Part shown: positions 10,261 to 19,513 of the stretch, one piece after another
Layout of the letters: the number at the start of each line of letters is the position of its first letter
How positions within the stretch are numbered: the first letter of the stretch is position 1
Origin: Acutalibacteraceae bacterium
Lineage (GTDB): Bacteria; Bacillota; Clostridia; Oscillospirales; Acutalibacteraceae
Reading direction: 5' to 3'
Length of the DNA: 64,000 nucleotides
Assembly (NCBI GenBank): GCA_045599985.1
Contig: JAZRWZ010000166.1
Span: 2,369 to 66,368 of the forward strand
Program-made: the position numbers and the translations under genes
The notes under the pieces: generated by a model
Seen by the model: only the letters and a program-made list of their open reading frames with translations
Databases searched by the model: none
Told to the model about the DNA's origin: nothing

Positions 10261-11598
10261 TCAATCATTTTTTTCGTCGGTTTCGCTGTTTTTTGGGGGT
10301 TCGGATTCCTCCCGATTCTGCACCCGGGCACGGCGGTGAGCCGCGGCGGAAATCCGCCTGCCCACGGGGGTGGCGGCCTGTGCTTCGGGAATGCGTTTTT
10401 CGGTGGCAAGCTCCTTTTTGTCGCCCCACAGATGAATCACGCCGTCATCGTTGAGCATCTTGACAATCACCATTACAAGGGGCAGCACAAACATCCCCAG
10501 AAAACCGATGGTTTCCAGACCCACATACATACCGAACAGGGTCAGGATGGGGGGCAGGCCCAGGTTGGCGCCCACGGTTTTGGGCTCAATAATCTGGCGC
10601 AGCACGGTTATAAGGACATAAATCACCAGCAAACCGATGCCGAGCCCCGTGTTGTGGGCGAACAGCAGATTGTAGAACGCCCACGGAATCATTACCGTGC
10701 CGGTGCCGAACACGGGCAGAATATCCAGCAGCGCCGTGCACAGGGAGATGACCGCGATGTAGCCGCCCTCATACAGCCCCAGCAAGCGCAGAATATTCAG
10801 GCTCACGGCCAGTTCGCAGAAGGTTATGCAAAGGATGAAGGCATAGGATTTTGCCATCTTGCCCAAGGAGGTCATGGTGACCCGCTTCACGGTGGAGGCC
10901 TTGGCCGCCGTTTCTTTTTTGACGGCACCCTTGATGCGCAGCGCAAGGTCGTCGTACCCCGCCGTCAGGAAAAAGCTGGCAATGAAGAAGATGATGACGG
11001 AAATCAGCATGCCGGGCAGCTTCACGGCGGTGGAAAGGATGGGGGAAGCAATCTGAGAAATATCCACGGAGGAGTTGGAGAGCTTTTCGGAAAGATCGGA
11101 GAAGGAAAAGCCCATGAGCCGCATCATGTCGGCCAGCTCCACCTCATTCTCCGCATACCGCATGCTGCGGTCCGCAAAATCCGTGATGGCAGCCGTAGCC
11201 GCCTTTTCGAGGGAGCCGGGCAGCAGCGCCGCCACCGAAAGCGCCCACTTCCGCAGGGAGGAAATCAGCTCCGGCAAATCACTGAATTTGGAAATGACAT
11301 ATTCCACAAAGCCCCGGAATTCCGCCACCAGCTTGTAGCCGATGAGGCTGAGCAGGCTCACCACAATCAGCAAAAACAGAATCAGCGTAACCACCGAGAT
11401 AACGCCCTTGCGGATATGGGTTTTTTCATAGATGGCATTGACGGGCTTTTGCAGAATCAGGGAGACCGCCAAGGCAAAAATAAACGGAGAAAGCAGCCAG
11501 AAGGCGTACTTCATGAAGAGATAAAACAGCGCAATGATAACGGCAAAATAGGCGATGTTGATGAGTGTGTTTTTTCGCCTGTCATATATGGAATTCAC
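10261..11598 (-). CDS. ytvI: YtvI-like sporulation integral membrane protein (AI-2E family)
   Basis: Multi-TM; LDILPVFGTGTVMIPW and RQIIEPKTVGANLGLPP motifs. Confidence 0.8.
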   Translation of the reverse strand: MNSIYDRRKNTLINIAYFAVIIALFYLFMKYAFWLLSPFIFALAVSLILQKPVNAIYEKTHIRKGVISVVTLILFLLIVVSLLSLIGYKLVAEFRGFVEYVISKFSDLPELISSLRKWALSVAALLPGSLEKAATAAITDFADRSMRYAENEVELADMMRLMGFSFSDLSEKLSNSSVDISQIASPILSTAVKLPGMLISVIIFFIASFFLTAGYDDLALRIKGAVKKETAAKASTVKRVTMTSLGKMAKSYAFILCITFCELAVSLNILRLLGLYEGGYIAVISLCTALLDILPVFGTGTVMIPWAFYNLLFAHNTGLGIGLLVIYVLITVLRQIIEPKTVGANLGLPPILTLFGMYVGLETIGFLGMFVLPLVMVIVKMLNDDGVIHLWGDKKELATEKRIPEAQAATPVGRRISAAAHRRARVQNREESEPPKNSETDEKND

Positions 11599-11760
11599 GG
11601 TATCCCTCCCATCGGATGAACCGGTATTTTCCCTTATCTTACACTACCCTGAAAACAAAAGCAACGAATGCGAAAAAAATTTACAAAAACTTTCCTTTTC
11701 CCCTTTATTCGGGCAGATTTTTGTGATATTATGGGTTATCCGTAATAAAACGAGGGAGTG

Positions 11761-13005
11761 TTGAATTTGAACATAGCCATTATGGGCTACGGCGTTGTAG
11801 GCTCCGGCGTTGCCGAGCTGCTTGCGAGGAATCATGAGCAGATTGTTTGCAAGAGCACCCGGGACAAGCTCGAGCTGAAATATATTCTTGATTTAAGGAC
11901 CTTCCCCGGTGACCCCTTCGAGTCCCTTGTGATTTCCGATTTTTCCAAAATCGTGAATGATGACAGCGTAAAAATCGTGGTGGAGACCATGGGCGGCCTG
12001 CACCCCGCCTTTGAATTTGTGCGGGACTGCCTTGCCGCAGGCAAAAGCGTTGTTACCTCCAACAAGGAGCTGGTTGCCGAAAAGGGAATTGAACTGATAA
12101 AACTGGCACAGGAAAAGAACGTGAACTTCCTGTTTGAGGCCAGCGTTGGCGGCGGTATTCCCATCATCCGTCCCCTCACCCAGTGCCTTGCCGCCAACGA
12201 AATCGGCGAAGTCGCCGGTATCCTGAACGGAACCACCAACTTCATCCTGACTATGATGATTAAGAAGGGCATGAGCTTTGAAGACGCTCTTCGCCTGGCG
12301 CAGGAGAACGGCTATGCCGAGCGTGACCCCTCCGCCGATATTCTGGGCCACGATGCCTGCCGCAAAATCAGCATTCTGGCCGCCCTCAGCTTCGGCAAGC
12401 ATGTGTATCCCAAGGATGTGCACACCGAGGGCATTACCGAAATCACGCTGGCCGATGTGGATTACGCCGCCGCCTGGGGCGGTGTTATCAAGCTCCTCGG
12501 CCGTGCAAAAAAAGCCGATAACGGCAAAATCAGCGCCATTGTCAGCCCCGCCTTTGTGGCAAACAGCAGCATGCTTGCCGGTGTGGACGATGTGTTCAAC
12601 GCCGTGCTTGTGCGCGGGGATGCCGTGGGCGATGTGCTGTTCTACGGCAGGGGCGCGGGCAAGCTGCCCACCGCCAGCGCCGTGGTTGCCGACGTGATTG
12701 ACTGCGCACAGCACGCCGAAAAGCGCAAGCCCTTCGGCTGGGGCGATGCGGAGGAAGGCTATGTGGCCGACTATAACGCCTGCGAAACCGTGCTGTATGT
12801 GCGCGCCGCTGCCGACGACGAAGGTGCGGCAAAGGCCCAAATAGAATCCGCCTTCGGCAAGGTGCGGTATCTCACCCGTGCCAACGCACCCACCGGCGAA
12901 TTCGCCTTTATTACACCCTGCGGGCAGGAAAAAGCCCTGCGGGATGCTCTCAGTAAAATCACGGCCGCGAAGGTTGAAAACACCATCCGCGTTACCGATT
13001 ATTGA
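11761..13005 (+). CDS. hom: homoserine dehydrogenase
   Basis: GYGVVGSG, TSNKE, EASVGGGIP, GILNGTTNFIL and GRGAG motifs. Confidence 0.95.
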   Translation: MNLNIAIMGYGVVGSGVAELLARNHEQIVCKSTRDKLELKYILDLRTFPGDPFESLVISDFSKIVNDDSVKIVVETMGGLHPAFEFVRDCLAAGKSVVTSNKELVAEKGIELIKLAQEKNVNFLFEASVGGGIPIIRPLTQCLAANEIGEVAGILNGTTNFILTMMIKKGMSFEDALRLAQENGYAERDPSADILGHDACRKISILAALSFGKHVYPKDVHTEGITEITLADVDYAAAWGGVIKLLGRAKKADNGKISAIVSPAFVANSSMLAGVDDVFNAVLVRGDAVGDVLFYGRGAGKLPTASAVVADVIDCAQHAEKRKPFGWGDAEEGYVADYNACETVLYVRAAADDEGAAKAQIESAFGKVRYLTRANAPTGEFAFITPCGQEKALRDALSKITAAKVENTIRVTDY

Positions 13006-13023
13006 TGGAAACAGGAGGTTACC

Positions 13024-14235
13024 ATGTCACTTATTGTTCAGAAATTCGGCGGCAGTTCGGTAAAGGATGCCGAGCGTGTTATGAATGTTGCCCGCATTGT
13101 TACCGATACCTATAAAGCAGGCAACGATGTTGTGGTGGTCGTATCCGCTCAGGGCGACACCACCGACGACCTGATTGCCAAAGCCAAAGAGCTTAATCCC
13201 AACGGCTCCAAAAGAGAGATGGATATGCTCATGAGTGCCGGCGAGCAGATTTCCATTGCTTTGCTTGCCATGGCTATCGAGAGCCTGGGCTTCCCCGTGC
13301 GCTCCCTGCTGGGCTGGCAGGCAGGCTTCTCCACCAACTCCGTGTACGGCAGTGCCCGCATCAAAAAGGTGAACCCCGCCCGCATTAAAGAGGAGCTTGG
13401 CAACAAGCGCATCGTTATTGTGGCCGGCTTCCAGGGCCTGTGCAAATATGACGATATCACCACCTTGGGCCGCGGCGGTTCCGACACCAGCGCCGTAGCC
13501 ATTGCCGCCGCCATGCACGCCGACAAATGCCAGATTTTCACCGATGTGGAAGGCGTTTACACCACCGACCCCCGCAAGGTTGCCAATGCCAAAAAGCTGC
13601 AGGAAATCACCTATGACGAAATGCTGGAGCTGGCTACCCTGGGCGCTCAGGTGCTTAACAACCGCTCTGTTGAAATGGCTAAAAAATATAATGTTCAGCT
13701 TGAGGTGCTTTCAAGCTACACCCGCAAGCCGGGTACGATCGTGAAGGAGGTCACTACTGTGGAAAAAATGCTTGTAAGAGGCGTAACCAAAGATACCGAC
13801 GTTGCCAGAATCTCTATTATCGGAGTTCCCAATGTGCCCGGTATTGCCTATAAAATCTTCGGCAAGCTTGCCGCCCGCAACATCAATGTGGATATCATCC
13901 TGCAGTCCGTAGGCAGAGACGGCAAAAAGGATATCGCCTTTACCGTAAGCCGTGCCAACGCTCCTCTTACCATGGACCTGCTGCATGAGTTCGAGCTGCT
14001 CTCCGGCCTTGAAATCACCTGCGACACCAACGTTGCCAAGATTTCCGTAGTGGGCGCCGGCATGGAGACTCACCCCGGCACCGCCTCCACCATGTTTGAG
14101 GCTCTGTTTGAGGCTGACATCAACATCCAGATGATTGCCACCAGCGAAATCAAAATTTCCGTTTTGATTGACGAAGAAAAGGCCAACGAGGCTGTTGCTG
14201 CCGTTCACAAGGCATTCTTCCCCGAGGAGAACTGA
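13024..14235 (+). CDS. lysC: aspartate kinase
   Basis: VQKFGGSS, TTLGRGGSDTSA and two C-terminal ACT domains. Confidence 0.95.
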   Translation: MSLIVQKFGGSSVKDAERVMNVARIVTDTYKAGNDVVVVVSAQGDTTDDLIAKAKELNPNGSKREMDMLMSAGEQISIALLAMAIESLGFPVRSLLGWQAGFSTNSVYGSARIKKVNPARIKEELGNKRIVIVAGFQGLCKYDDITTLGRGGSDTSAVAIAAAMHADKCQIFTDVEGVYTTDPRKVANAKKLQEITYDEMLELATLGAQVLNNRSVEMAKKYNVQLEVLSSYTRKPGTIVKEVTTVEKMLVRGVTKDTDVARISIIGVPNVPGIAYKIFGKLAARNINVDIILQSVGRDGKKDIAFTVSRANAPLTMDLLHEFELLSGLEITCDTNVAKISVVGAGMETHPGTASTMFEALFEADINIQMIATSEIKISVLIDEEKANEAVAAVHKAFFPEEN

Positions 14236-14248
14236 TTTTTCCGTTTTC

Positions 14249-14278
14249 AAAAGCACTCCGATGACGGGGTGCTTTTTT
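14249..14278 (+). terminator. terminator of hom-lysC
   Basis: AAAAGCACTCCG-ATGA-CGGGGTGCTTTT hairpin plus T-tract. Confidence 0.75.
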
Positions 14279-14298
14279 CTGCAAAGGCAAAAGGCAAC

Positions 14299-14332
14299 AA
14301 AAAAGCGGGCCCCGTGTGGGAACCCGCTTTTT
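14299..14332 (-). terminator. terminator of the ferredoxin gene
   Basis: AAAAAGCGGG...CCCGCTTTTT stem directly after the ferredoxin stop. Confidence 0.7.
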
Positions 14333-14357
14333 GTGTTTATGTGTATCGGTTGACCGA

Positions 14358-14528
14358 TCAGCCCTCCTGAGGAGCGCCAACGGGGCAAGTACCGGCGCAA
14401 GCGCCGCACTCGATGCAGGTATCGGCATCAATAACAAACTTGCCGTCGCCCTCGGAGATAGCACCTACGGGGCAATCTGCTGCGCAAGCGCCGCAGGAGA
14501 TGCATTCGTCGCTGATTACATATGCCAT
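14358..14528 (-). CDS. 2[4Fe-4S] clostridial-type ferredoxin (56 aa, below the ORF-track cutoff)
   Basis: Hand translation MAYVISDECISCGACAADCPVGAISEGDGKFVIDADTCIECGACAGTCPVGAPQEG; two CxxCxxCxxxCP motifs; RBS AAGGAGG; own TTGCAT/TACAAT promoter at 14591-14564. Confidence 0.95.
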   Translation of the reverse strand: MAYVISDECISCGACAADCPVGAISEGDGKFVIDADTCIECGACAGTCPVGAPQEG

Positions 14529-14614
14529 AGTATTTTGTCCTCCTTATATCATATTGTGTCTGTATTGTAGCACATTGCCGAAAAAATGCAAGTGCTATTT
14601 TGTGAACAATTTTC

Positions 14615-15481
14615 TCAGCCCTCTATGCCCTTCAAGGCTTCCAGCTCCTCTTTGTTGACGCGGATTTTACCGTCCCGCACCAGCTTGACATCACGGCGGT
14701 TATAAAGCTGCGGTGCCGCTTCGGGGCGGGAATTGAGCTGAACCTTCAGGGTGCCCACAATCAGGTTGCTTTCCACCACGGTGCCGGGGCCGTCCTTGGT
14801 CTCCACCAAAGCGCCCACCTTGGGGGTAACCCGCAGCAGATGCTCATAGGCATCCTGCTCATATTTGAGGCAGCACATCAGGCGGCCGCAGGTGCCGCTG
14901 ATTTTGGTGGGGTTCAGGGATAAGCCCTGCTCCTTCGCCATCTTGATGGCCACGGGCTGGAATTCGCCCAAAAAGGTGTTGCAGCAGAAGGGCCGCCCGC
15001 AAATCCCCAGACCGCCCAGCATTTTGGCTTCATCCCTCACGCCGATCTGGCGCAGCTCAATGCGGGTTCTGAACACGGAGGCAAGGGTTTTTACCAGCTC
15101 GCGGAAGTCGATGCGCCCGTCGGCGGTGAAATAGAACAGAATCTTGCCGCCGTCAAAGGTGTATTCCACATCCACCAGCTTCATATCCAGACCGAAGCTT
15201 TCGATTTTCTGCACGCAGATGTCGAAGGCTTCTTTTTCTTTCTCCTTATTCTTGGCAAGGCGGGCAATATCCTCATCCGTGGCGGCACGAATCACCTTTT
15301 TTAAAGGCTTCACAATCTGCTCATCCTCCACGGTACGGTTGGCCATGGCCACCTCGCCGCACTCCACGCCGCGCACGGTTTCCACAATCACGCGGTCGCC
15401 CTTTTTCATCTCCAACCCATCGGGGTCAAAGTAGTAGGCCTTGCCCACATCTTTAAATCTTACGCCGATTACTTCTGCCAT
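14615..15481 (-). CDS. ricT: PSP1-domain protein RicT/YaaT
   Basis: FYFTADGRIDFRELVK, RQIGVRDEA, GICGRPFCC and SGTCGRLMCCLKYE motifs. Confidence 0.92.
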   Translation of the reverse strand: MAEVIGVRFKDVGKAYYFDPDGLEMKKGDRVIVETVRGVECGEVAMANRTVEDEQIVKPLKKVIRAATDEDIARLAKNKEKEKEAFDICVQKIESFGLDMKLVDVEYTFDGGKILFYFTADGRIDFRELVKTLASVFRTRIELRQIGVRDEAKMLGGLGICGRPFCCNTFLGEFQPVAIKMAKEQGLSLNPTKISGTCGRLMCCLKYEQDAYEHLLRVTPKVGALVETKDGPGTVVESNLIVGTLKVQLNSRPEAAPQLYNRRDVKLVRDGKIRVNKEELEALKGIEG

Positions 15482-15502
15482 ATATATCCTCCCTTTGGGA
15501 AA

Positions 15503-16366
15503 TCAGCCCCGCAGCAAAGTGCAGAGGCGAGTCAGAATCAAATTGTAGTTGCGGTTTTGCTCCAGAGCGAATTGCAGGGACTGCACCCGCTGCTGCAGCA
15601 AACACAGGCGCTCCCCCGTTAACCGGGTGCCCAGCAGCGCCGGTGCGCCCTCAAAGCTCTCTCTGTTGCCGCAGCCGTGTTTTACCTTCATGGCTTCCAC
15701 CATGATTTCCTCCAGCACGGGCAGGGCACGCCTGAGCAATTCCTTATTCTTTTCAAAAACGGCGGCTGCCGTAAGAATTTCGTATTCATTGGGAGCAATC
15801 ACGGCCCTGGCAACGGCACAGGCCGCCTTGGCCGCCTGGGCTGCCGTGTCGCTCATATCCCGCTCCCCTTCGCCCAGCGCAAACACCTGCGCACGGGACA
15901 GAATGGTGGGCAAAAGGCTTGCCTTGGAGGGGCAAAGCAGCAGGAAAAACATATAGTGAGGCGGCTCCTCCAGCACCTTGAGCAGTGCGTTCTGCACGGA
16001 AGGAGAAAGAGGATTCTCCGTTTTCATAATAAATACCTTGGCATCCGCCTCATTGGGGATAACCCCTGCGGAATGAATCATATCCCGCACATAATCCACC
16101 TTGAAAACGCCTTTTTCGTTTTCACCGTAGGTTTCAATATCGGGGTGAGCAGCCACCGAGGCCTTGCGGCAATCCGGGCACCGCCCGCAGGGGCGTTCCC
16201 CCTCCCCGGAGCAAACCAGTGCCCCGGCAATGCCTTTGGCAAGGCTTTCGCGCAGGGCGCTGTCACCGCCCTCAATCACCGCCGCATGGGGAAAGCGGTT
16301 GGCGTGCAGAGCGGATAAAACGGCCTGTGCGGCAGCTTTATTGATATCGGTTCCCAAGCAGAGCAT
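15503..16366 (-). CDS. holB: DNA polymerase III delta-prime subunit
   Basis: PCGRCPDC zinc module, QNALLKVLEEPP and LLPTILSR motifs; synteny with darA and ricT. Confidence 0.85.
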   Translation of the reverse strand: MLCLGTDINKAAAQAVLSALHANRFPHAAVIEGGDSALRESLAKGIAGALVCSGEGERPCGRCPDCRKASVAAHPDIETYGENEKGVFKVDYVRDMIHSAGVIPNEADAKVFIMKTENPLSPSVQNALLKVLEEPPHYMFFLLLCPSKASLLPTILSRAQVFALGEGERDMSDTAAQAAKAACAVARAVIAPNEYEILTAAAVFEKNKELLRRALPVLEEIMVEAMKVKHGCGNRESFEGAPALLGTRLTGERLCLLQQRVQSLQFALEQNRNYNLILTRLCTLLRG

Positions 16367-16415
16367 AAGCCCTCCCAACGGGCTGCGCCGCCTTTTTCAG
16401 GGCGGGCTTCCCTCA

Positions 16416-16742
16416 TTATAATTTCACAAACTTATCCACATCAATCACAAACACGGTGGCACCGCCCACGCTGATTTCCACGGGAGGGGTGAACATATCC
16501 AGACCGTCCATGCCGCCCATGGGGGAAATCATCTGCTTGCGGCGGCTGGAGAAGCGGCGGAAAATATCAAAAATCTTTTCGATATTCTCCTCCTCCACGC
16601 CGATGAGCAGGGTGGAGTTGCCGGAACGCAGAAATCCGCCGGAGGTGGACAGACGCGTGGCACCGAAGCCCTGATTGGAAAGCTCGGTGAGCACACGGGT
16701 GCAGTCATCGTCGTTGATAATGGCAATTAACATCTTCATCAT
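16416..16742 (-). CDS. darA: cyclic-di-AMP receptor, PII-like (DarA/PstA)
   Basis: ATRLSTSGGFLRSGNSTLLIG and VGGATVFV motifs. Confidence 0.88.
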   Translation of the reverse strand: MMKMLIAIINDDDCTRVLTELSNQGFGATRLSTSGGFLRSGNSTLLIGVEEENIEKIFDIFRRFSSRRKQMISPMGGMDGLDMFTPPVEISVGGATVFVIDVDKFVKL

Positions 16743-16756
16743 ATTATAACCTCTTT

Positions 16757-17572
16757 TCACACATCTGCCTGCTCTTCCAGCAAACGCAGATTGCGGTCAA
16801 TCACATTTCTTCCCCGCCACTCGTAGGCTCTACCCGCAATGTCACAGCCGCTTTTCAGCACGGGGCGCACATCTGCCGCAAAGGCGGCAAGGGGATTTAT
16901 TTTTGCCTTTTCGTTCAGGGGGCACACATTCTGGCACACATCACAGCCCCAGGCACAGCCGCTTTTTTTGATGAGCGCTTCCTCCGCCGGGGTCAGCTCG
17001 CCTTTTTTCTGGGTAAGGGCGGAGAGGCACAGCGCGGCATCGGGCTTTCCCGATTCCAACGCGTTCACGGGGCAGGCCCGGCGGCATTTGCCGCAGTGCA
17101 GGCATTCGTCCTCCGTTCCTTCGCAGACGGGCAGGCTCAGGGTGGTAACAATCTCGCCCAGAAACACAAAGGAGCCGTACTCTTTGTGAATGAACAGCCC
17201 GTTATCCCCCCGCACGCCAAGGCCGCAGGCTATGGCCGCCCTCACCTCGGGGATGGGGGAGTTGTCGGAGAAAGGCACAAACTGTTCGTCGGGATATAAT
17301 TCCTGCAGGGCATCGCAGGCACTCTGCAGCCGGGGAGGCACCACGGTGTGGTAATCGGGCACCGCCGCATAGCGGGAGATATTTGTATTTTCATACATAC
17401 TCTCCGGCAGGCGGTAGGGGAACACCGCCGTGATGATGCGCCGGGCATTCTGCGGCAATCGGCTTTGCGCCCGGCAGGGCAGCAGAGCATCCCGGAATCC
17501 CGAAAAATCGCACACACCCCAATCGGGGGCAGCATCATCCATTATTTTGCAAACAAGCTCTGTTTCATTCAT
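16757..17572 (-). CDS. QueG-like epoxyqueuosine reductase family 4Fe-4S protein
   Basis: SRYAAVPDYH, GSFVFLGEIVT, CLHCGKCRRACP and GCDVCQNVCP motifs; ATGA overlap with the upstream gene sets the start at 17572. Confidence 0.75.
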   Translation of the reverse strand: MNETELVCKIMDDAAPDWGVCDFSGFRDALLPCRAQSRLPQNARRIITAVFPYRLPESMYENTNISRYAAVPDYHTVVPPRLQSACDALQELYPDEQFVPFSDNSPIPEVRAAIACGLGVRGDNGLFIHKEYGSFVFLGEIVTTLSLPVCEGTEDECLHCGKCRRACPVNALESGKPDAALCLSALTQKKGELTPAEEALIKKSGCAWGCDVCQNVCPLNEKAKINPLAAFAADVRPVLKSGCDIAGRAYEWRGRNVIDRNLRLLEEQADV

Positions 17573-18531
17573 ACGGCGGAAGAGATTCCTATCATTAACG
17601 GTATGGTGACAATGGACATCAGGCTCACGGCAGACACCACCTGAGAGGCCAAAGCCGTATCCCTGCCGTATTTGGCGGCAAACATCACGGTATTGTTGGC
17701 GGAGGGGGCGCTGGCTGTAATCACCAGAGAGGTGAGCAGAGAGCCGGTAAAGCCGAAGCATTTGTAAAGGGCAATCATGATGCCGGGCAGCACTAAGAGC
17801 TTGAGCACCGCCACCAGAGGCAGGCGTTTATCCGTAAACACGGATTTCAAATCGGCACGGGAAAGGTAGGTGCCGAAAATCAGCATGGCCAAAGGCGTGT
17901 TGAGGCTTGCCAGATAACCGATGGGCTGGCTCACCACCACGGGCATCTGCACGGGCAGCAAAAACAGGGGCAGACCAATCAGAAAACCGACCACGCCGGG
18001 GTTGAGCACAATGCGCTTCGGGTCGATTTTTGCTTTTTGCCCGTTCCCGTCGGTTTTGCCCTTTGTCATGATGTATATACCGTGGGTAAAGCTGAAAATC
18101 TGAACGGTGATAATCACCACGGAGCAGTAGAGCACGCCCTCCGTCCCCGCCAAAGCGCTGACAAGGGGCAGCGACATATACCCGCAGTTGCCGTAGGTGG
18201 TGGCAAATTTGTAAATGCCCGCCGTGCTTTCGGGGCAGCGGCGAAAGAACACCGTGGAAAGGGTGATGGATACGGCATGGAGCAGGAAGGCACAGCCCGC
18301 CGCCATCAGCAGCTTTCTGGCAATTTCGGGAGAGAACTCCAAGGTGATGAAGGATTCGATGATTTTGGCGGGCACCACGATGTAAAAAAGCAAATCGGTG
18401 CATTTGAGGGCGGTCTTTTCGGTGAACAAACCCACGCGGTCCGCCACAACGCCCACCGCCACGATTATGTAGAGAATCGCCACCTGCCGCGCGGACAGAG
18501 CCATTCCCTGCAGCATTTCCTGAAAATTCAT
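17569..18531 (-). CDS. AEC family transporter
   Basis: About 10 TM; YGNCGYMSLP, NPGVVG and APSANN motifs. Confidence 0.85.
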   Translation of the reverse strand: MNFQEMLQGMALSARQVAILYIIVAVGVVADRVGLFTEKTALKCTDLLFYIVVPAKIIESFITLEFSPEIARKLLMAAGCAFLLHAVSITLSTVFFRRCPESTAGIYKFATTYGNCGYMSLPLVSALAGTEGVLYCSVVIITVQIFSFTHGIYIMTKGKTDGNGQKAKIDPKRIVLNPGVVGFLIGLPLFLLPVQMPVVVSQPIGYLASLNTPLAMLIFGTYLSRADLKSVFTDKRLPLVAVLKLLVLPGIMIALYKCFGFTGSLLTSLVITASAPSANNTVMFAAKYGRDTALASQVVSAVSLMSIVTIPLMIGISSAV

Positions 18532-18552
18532 ACTGTTACTGTGCCGAAAATC

Positions 18553-19491
18553 TTATTCGGCTTCCTCTTCCGTTTCTTCCGCCTCTGCTGCGGGTACATC
18601 TGCGGGTGCAGCCTCGGCTGCCGCTTCTTTGGCATCGGCATTGCCGCCGACCCAGCCCACGCGGGTAAACACGACAGACAGAATGTAGAGCGCCAGCCCC
18701 AGGTCGCAGCAGGTCACGGGGCCGTTCTCGTAAAGACCGGACTCATTGCCGGTGAGCACCATGACAAGCCTTGGCACAAAGCAGCACAGACCGAACACGG
18801 CGGCAGGCAGGCCGTAGCCCACCACTTTCCAATCCAGACCCTTGGATTCGATTTTGGAATTGAGCTGCGCATAGGCGCCGAAGAACATCAGCATGAAGGC
18901 CAGCATAAACAGCTCCAGCGTCAATTCGGAAACCTTGGTAAAACTGATTTTGGTGGTGAAGCACAAAATCAGGCGGAACATGAGCCATGCCATGGGCGCG
19001 GCGGAAAGAATTTTGAACTCGGAGCCGTTGCTTTTGCCGGTAAAGCAGCCGATGCCCACCAGCAGAATATACACGGCAGCCAGCAGCCCGAAAATCACCT
19101 GAGCCCGCAGCAGCAGAACGGTAATCAGGAAAGTGCCGTCACCGGGGTCCTCAATGTCGCCCATAAGTCTGCCGACAATCACGCCTACTTCATAAAACAC
19201 GGAAGCGCAGGCCAGCACGGCGAAGATGCCCTGACCGGGGCGTTTTTTCACCGAGCGGTCATAGCCGATTTCCCTGCGGTAAATCAGGGCGGAGGCCATG
19301 GAGCAAATCAGCCCTGCCCCCAGCAGACCGTACAGCGCGTAAACCGTGGCATCGGTGTTGATAAAGAAGCCCGTGCCGGGTTCAATCACATGAAAATATT
19401 GGTAAACACGCAGGGGAATCGCCGTCAAAGCCACCAAACCAAAGGCAACGGTGGAAATCAGAAATCCGATATTTCGACTCTCATTTTTCAT
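18553..19491 (-). CDS. hypothetical polytopic membrane protein
   Basis: Multiple hydrophobic helices, acidic Ala/Glu tail and host-like codon usage. Confidence 0.7.
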   Translation of the reverse strand: MKNESRNIGFLISTVAFGLVALTAIPLRVYQYFHVIEPGTGFFINTDATVYALYGLLGAGLICSMASALIYRREIGYDRSVKKRPGQGIFAVLACASVFYEVGVIVGRLMGDIEDPGDGTFLITVLLLRAQVIFGLLAAVYILLVGIGCFTGKSNGSEFKILSAAPMAWLMFRLILCFTTKISFTKVSELTLELFMLAFMLMFFGAYAQLNSKIESKGLDWKVVGYGLPAAVFGLCCFVPRLVMVLTGNESGLYENGPVTCCDLGLALYILSVVFTRVGWVGGNADAKEAAAEAAPADVPAAEAEETEEEAE

Positions 19492-19513
19492 TTTACAGTA
19501 CCTTCTATCCGAA

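Noticed and set aside
17573-17761. N-terminal extension of the QueG-like ORF
   Set aside because: Overlaps the AEC gene; the ATGA junction at 17569-17572 marks the real start.
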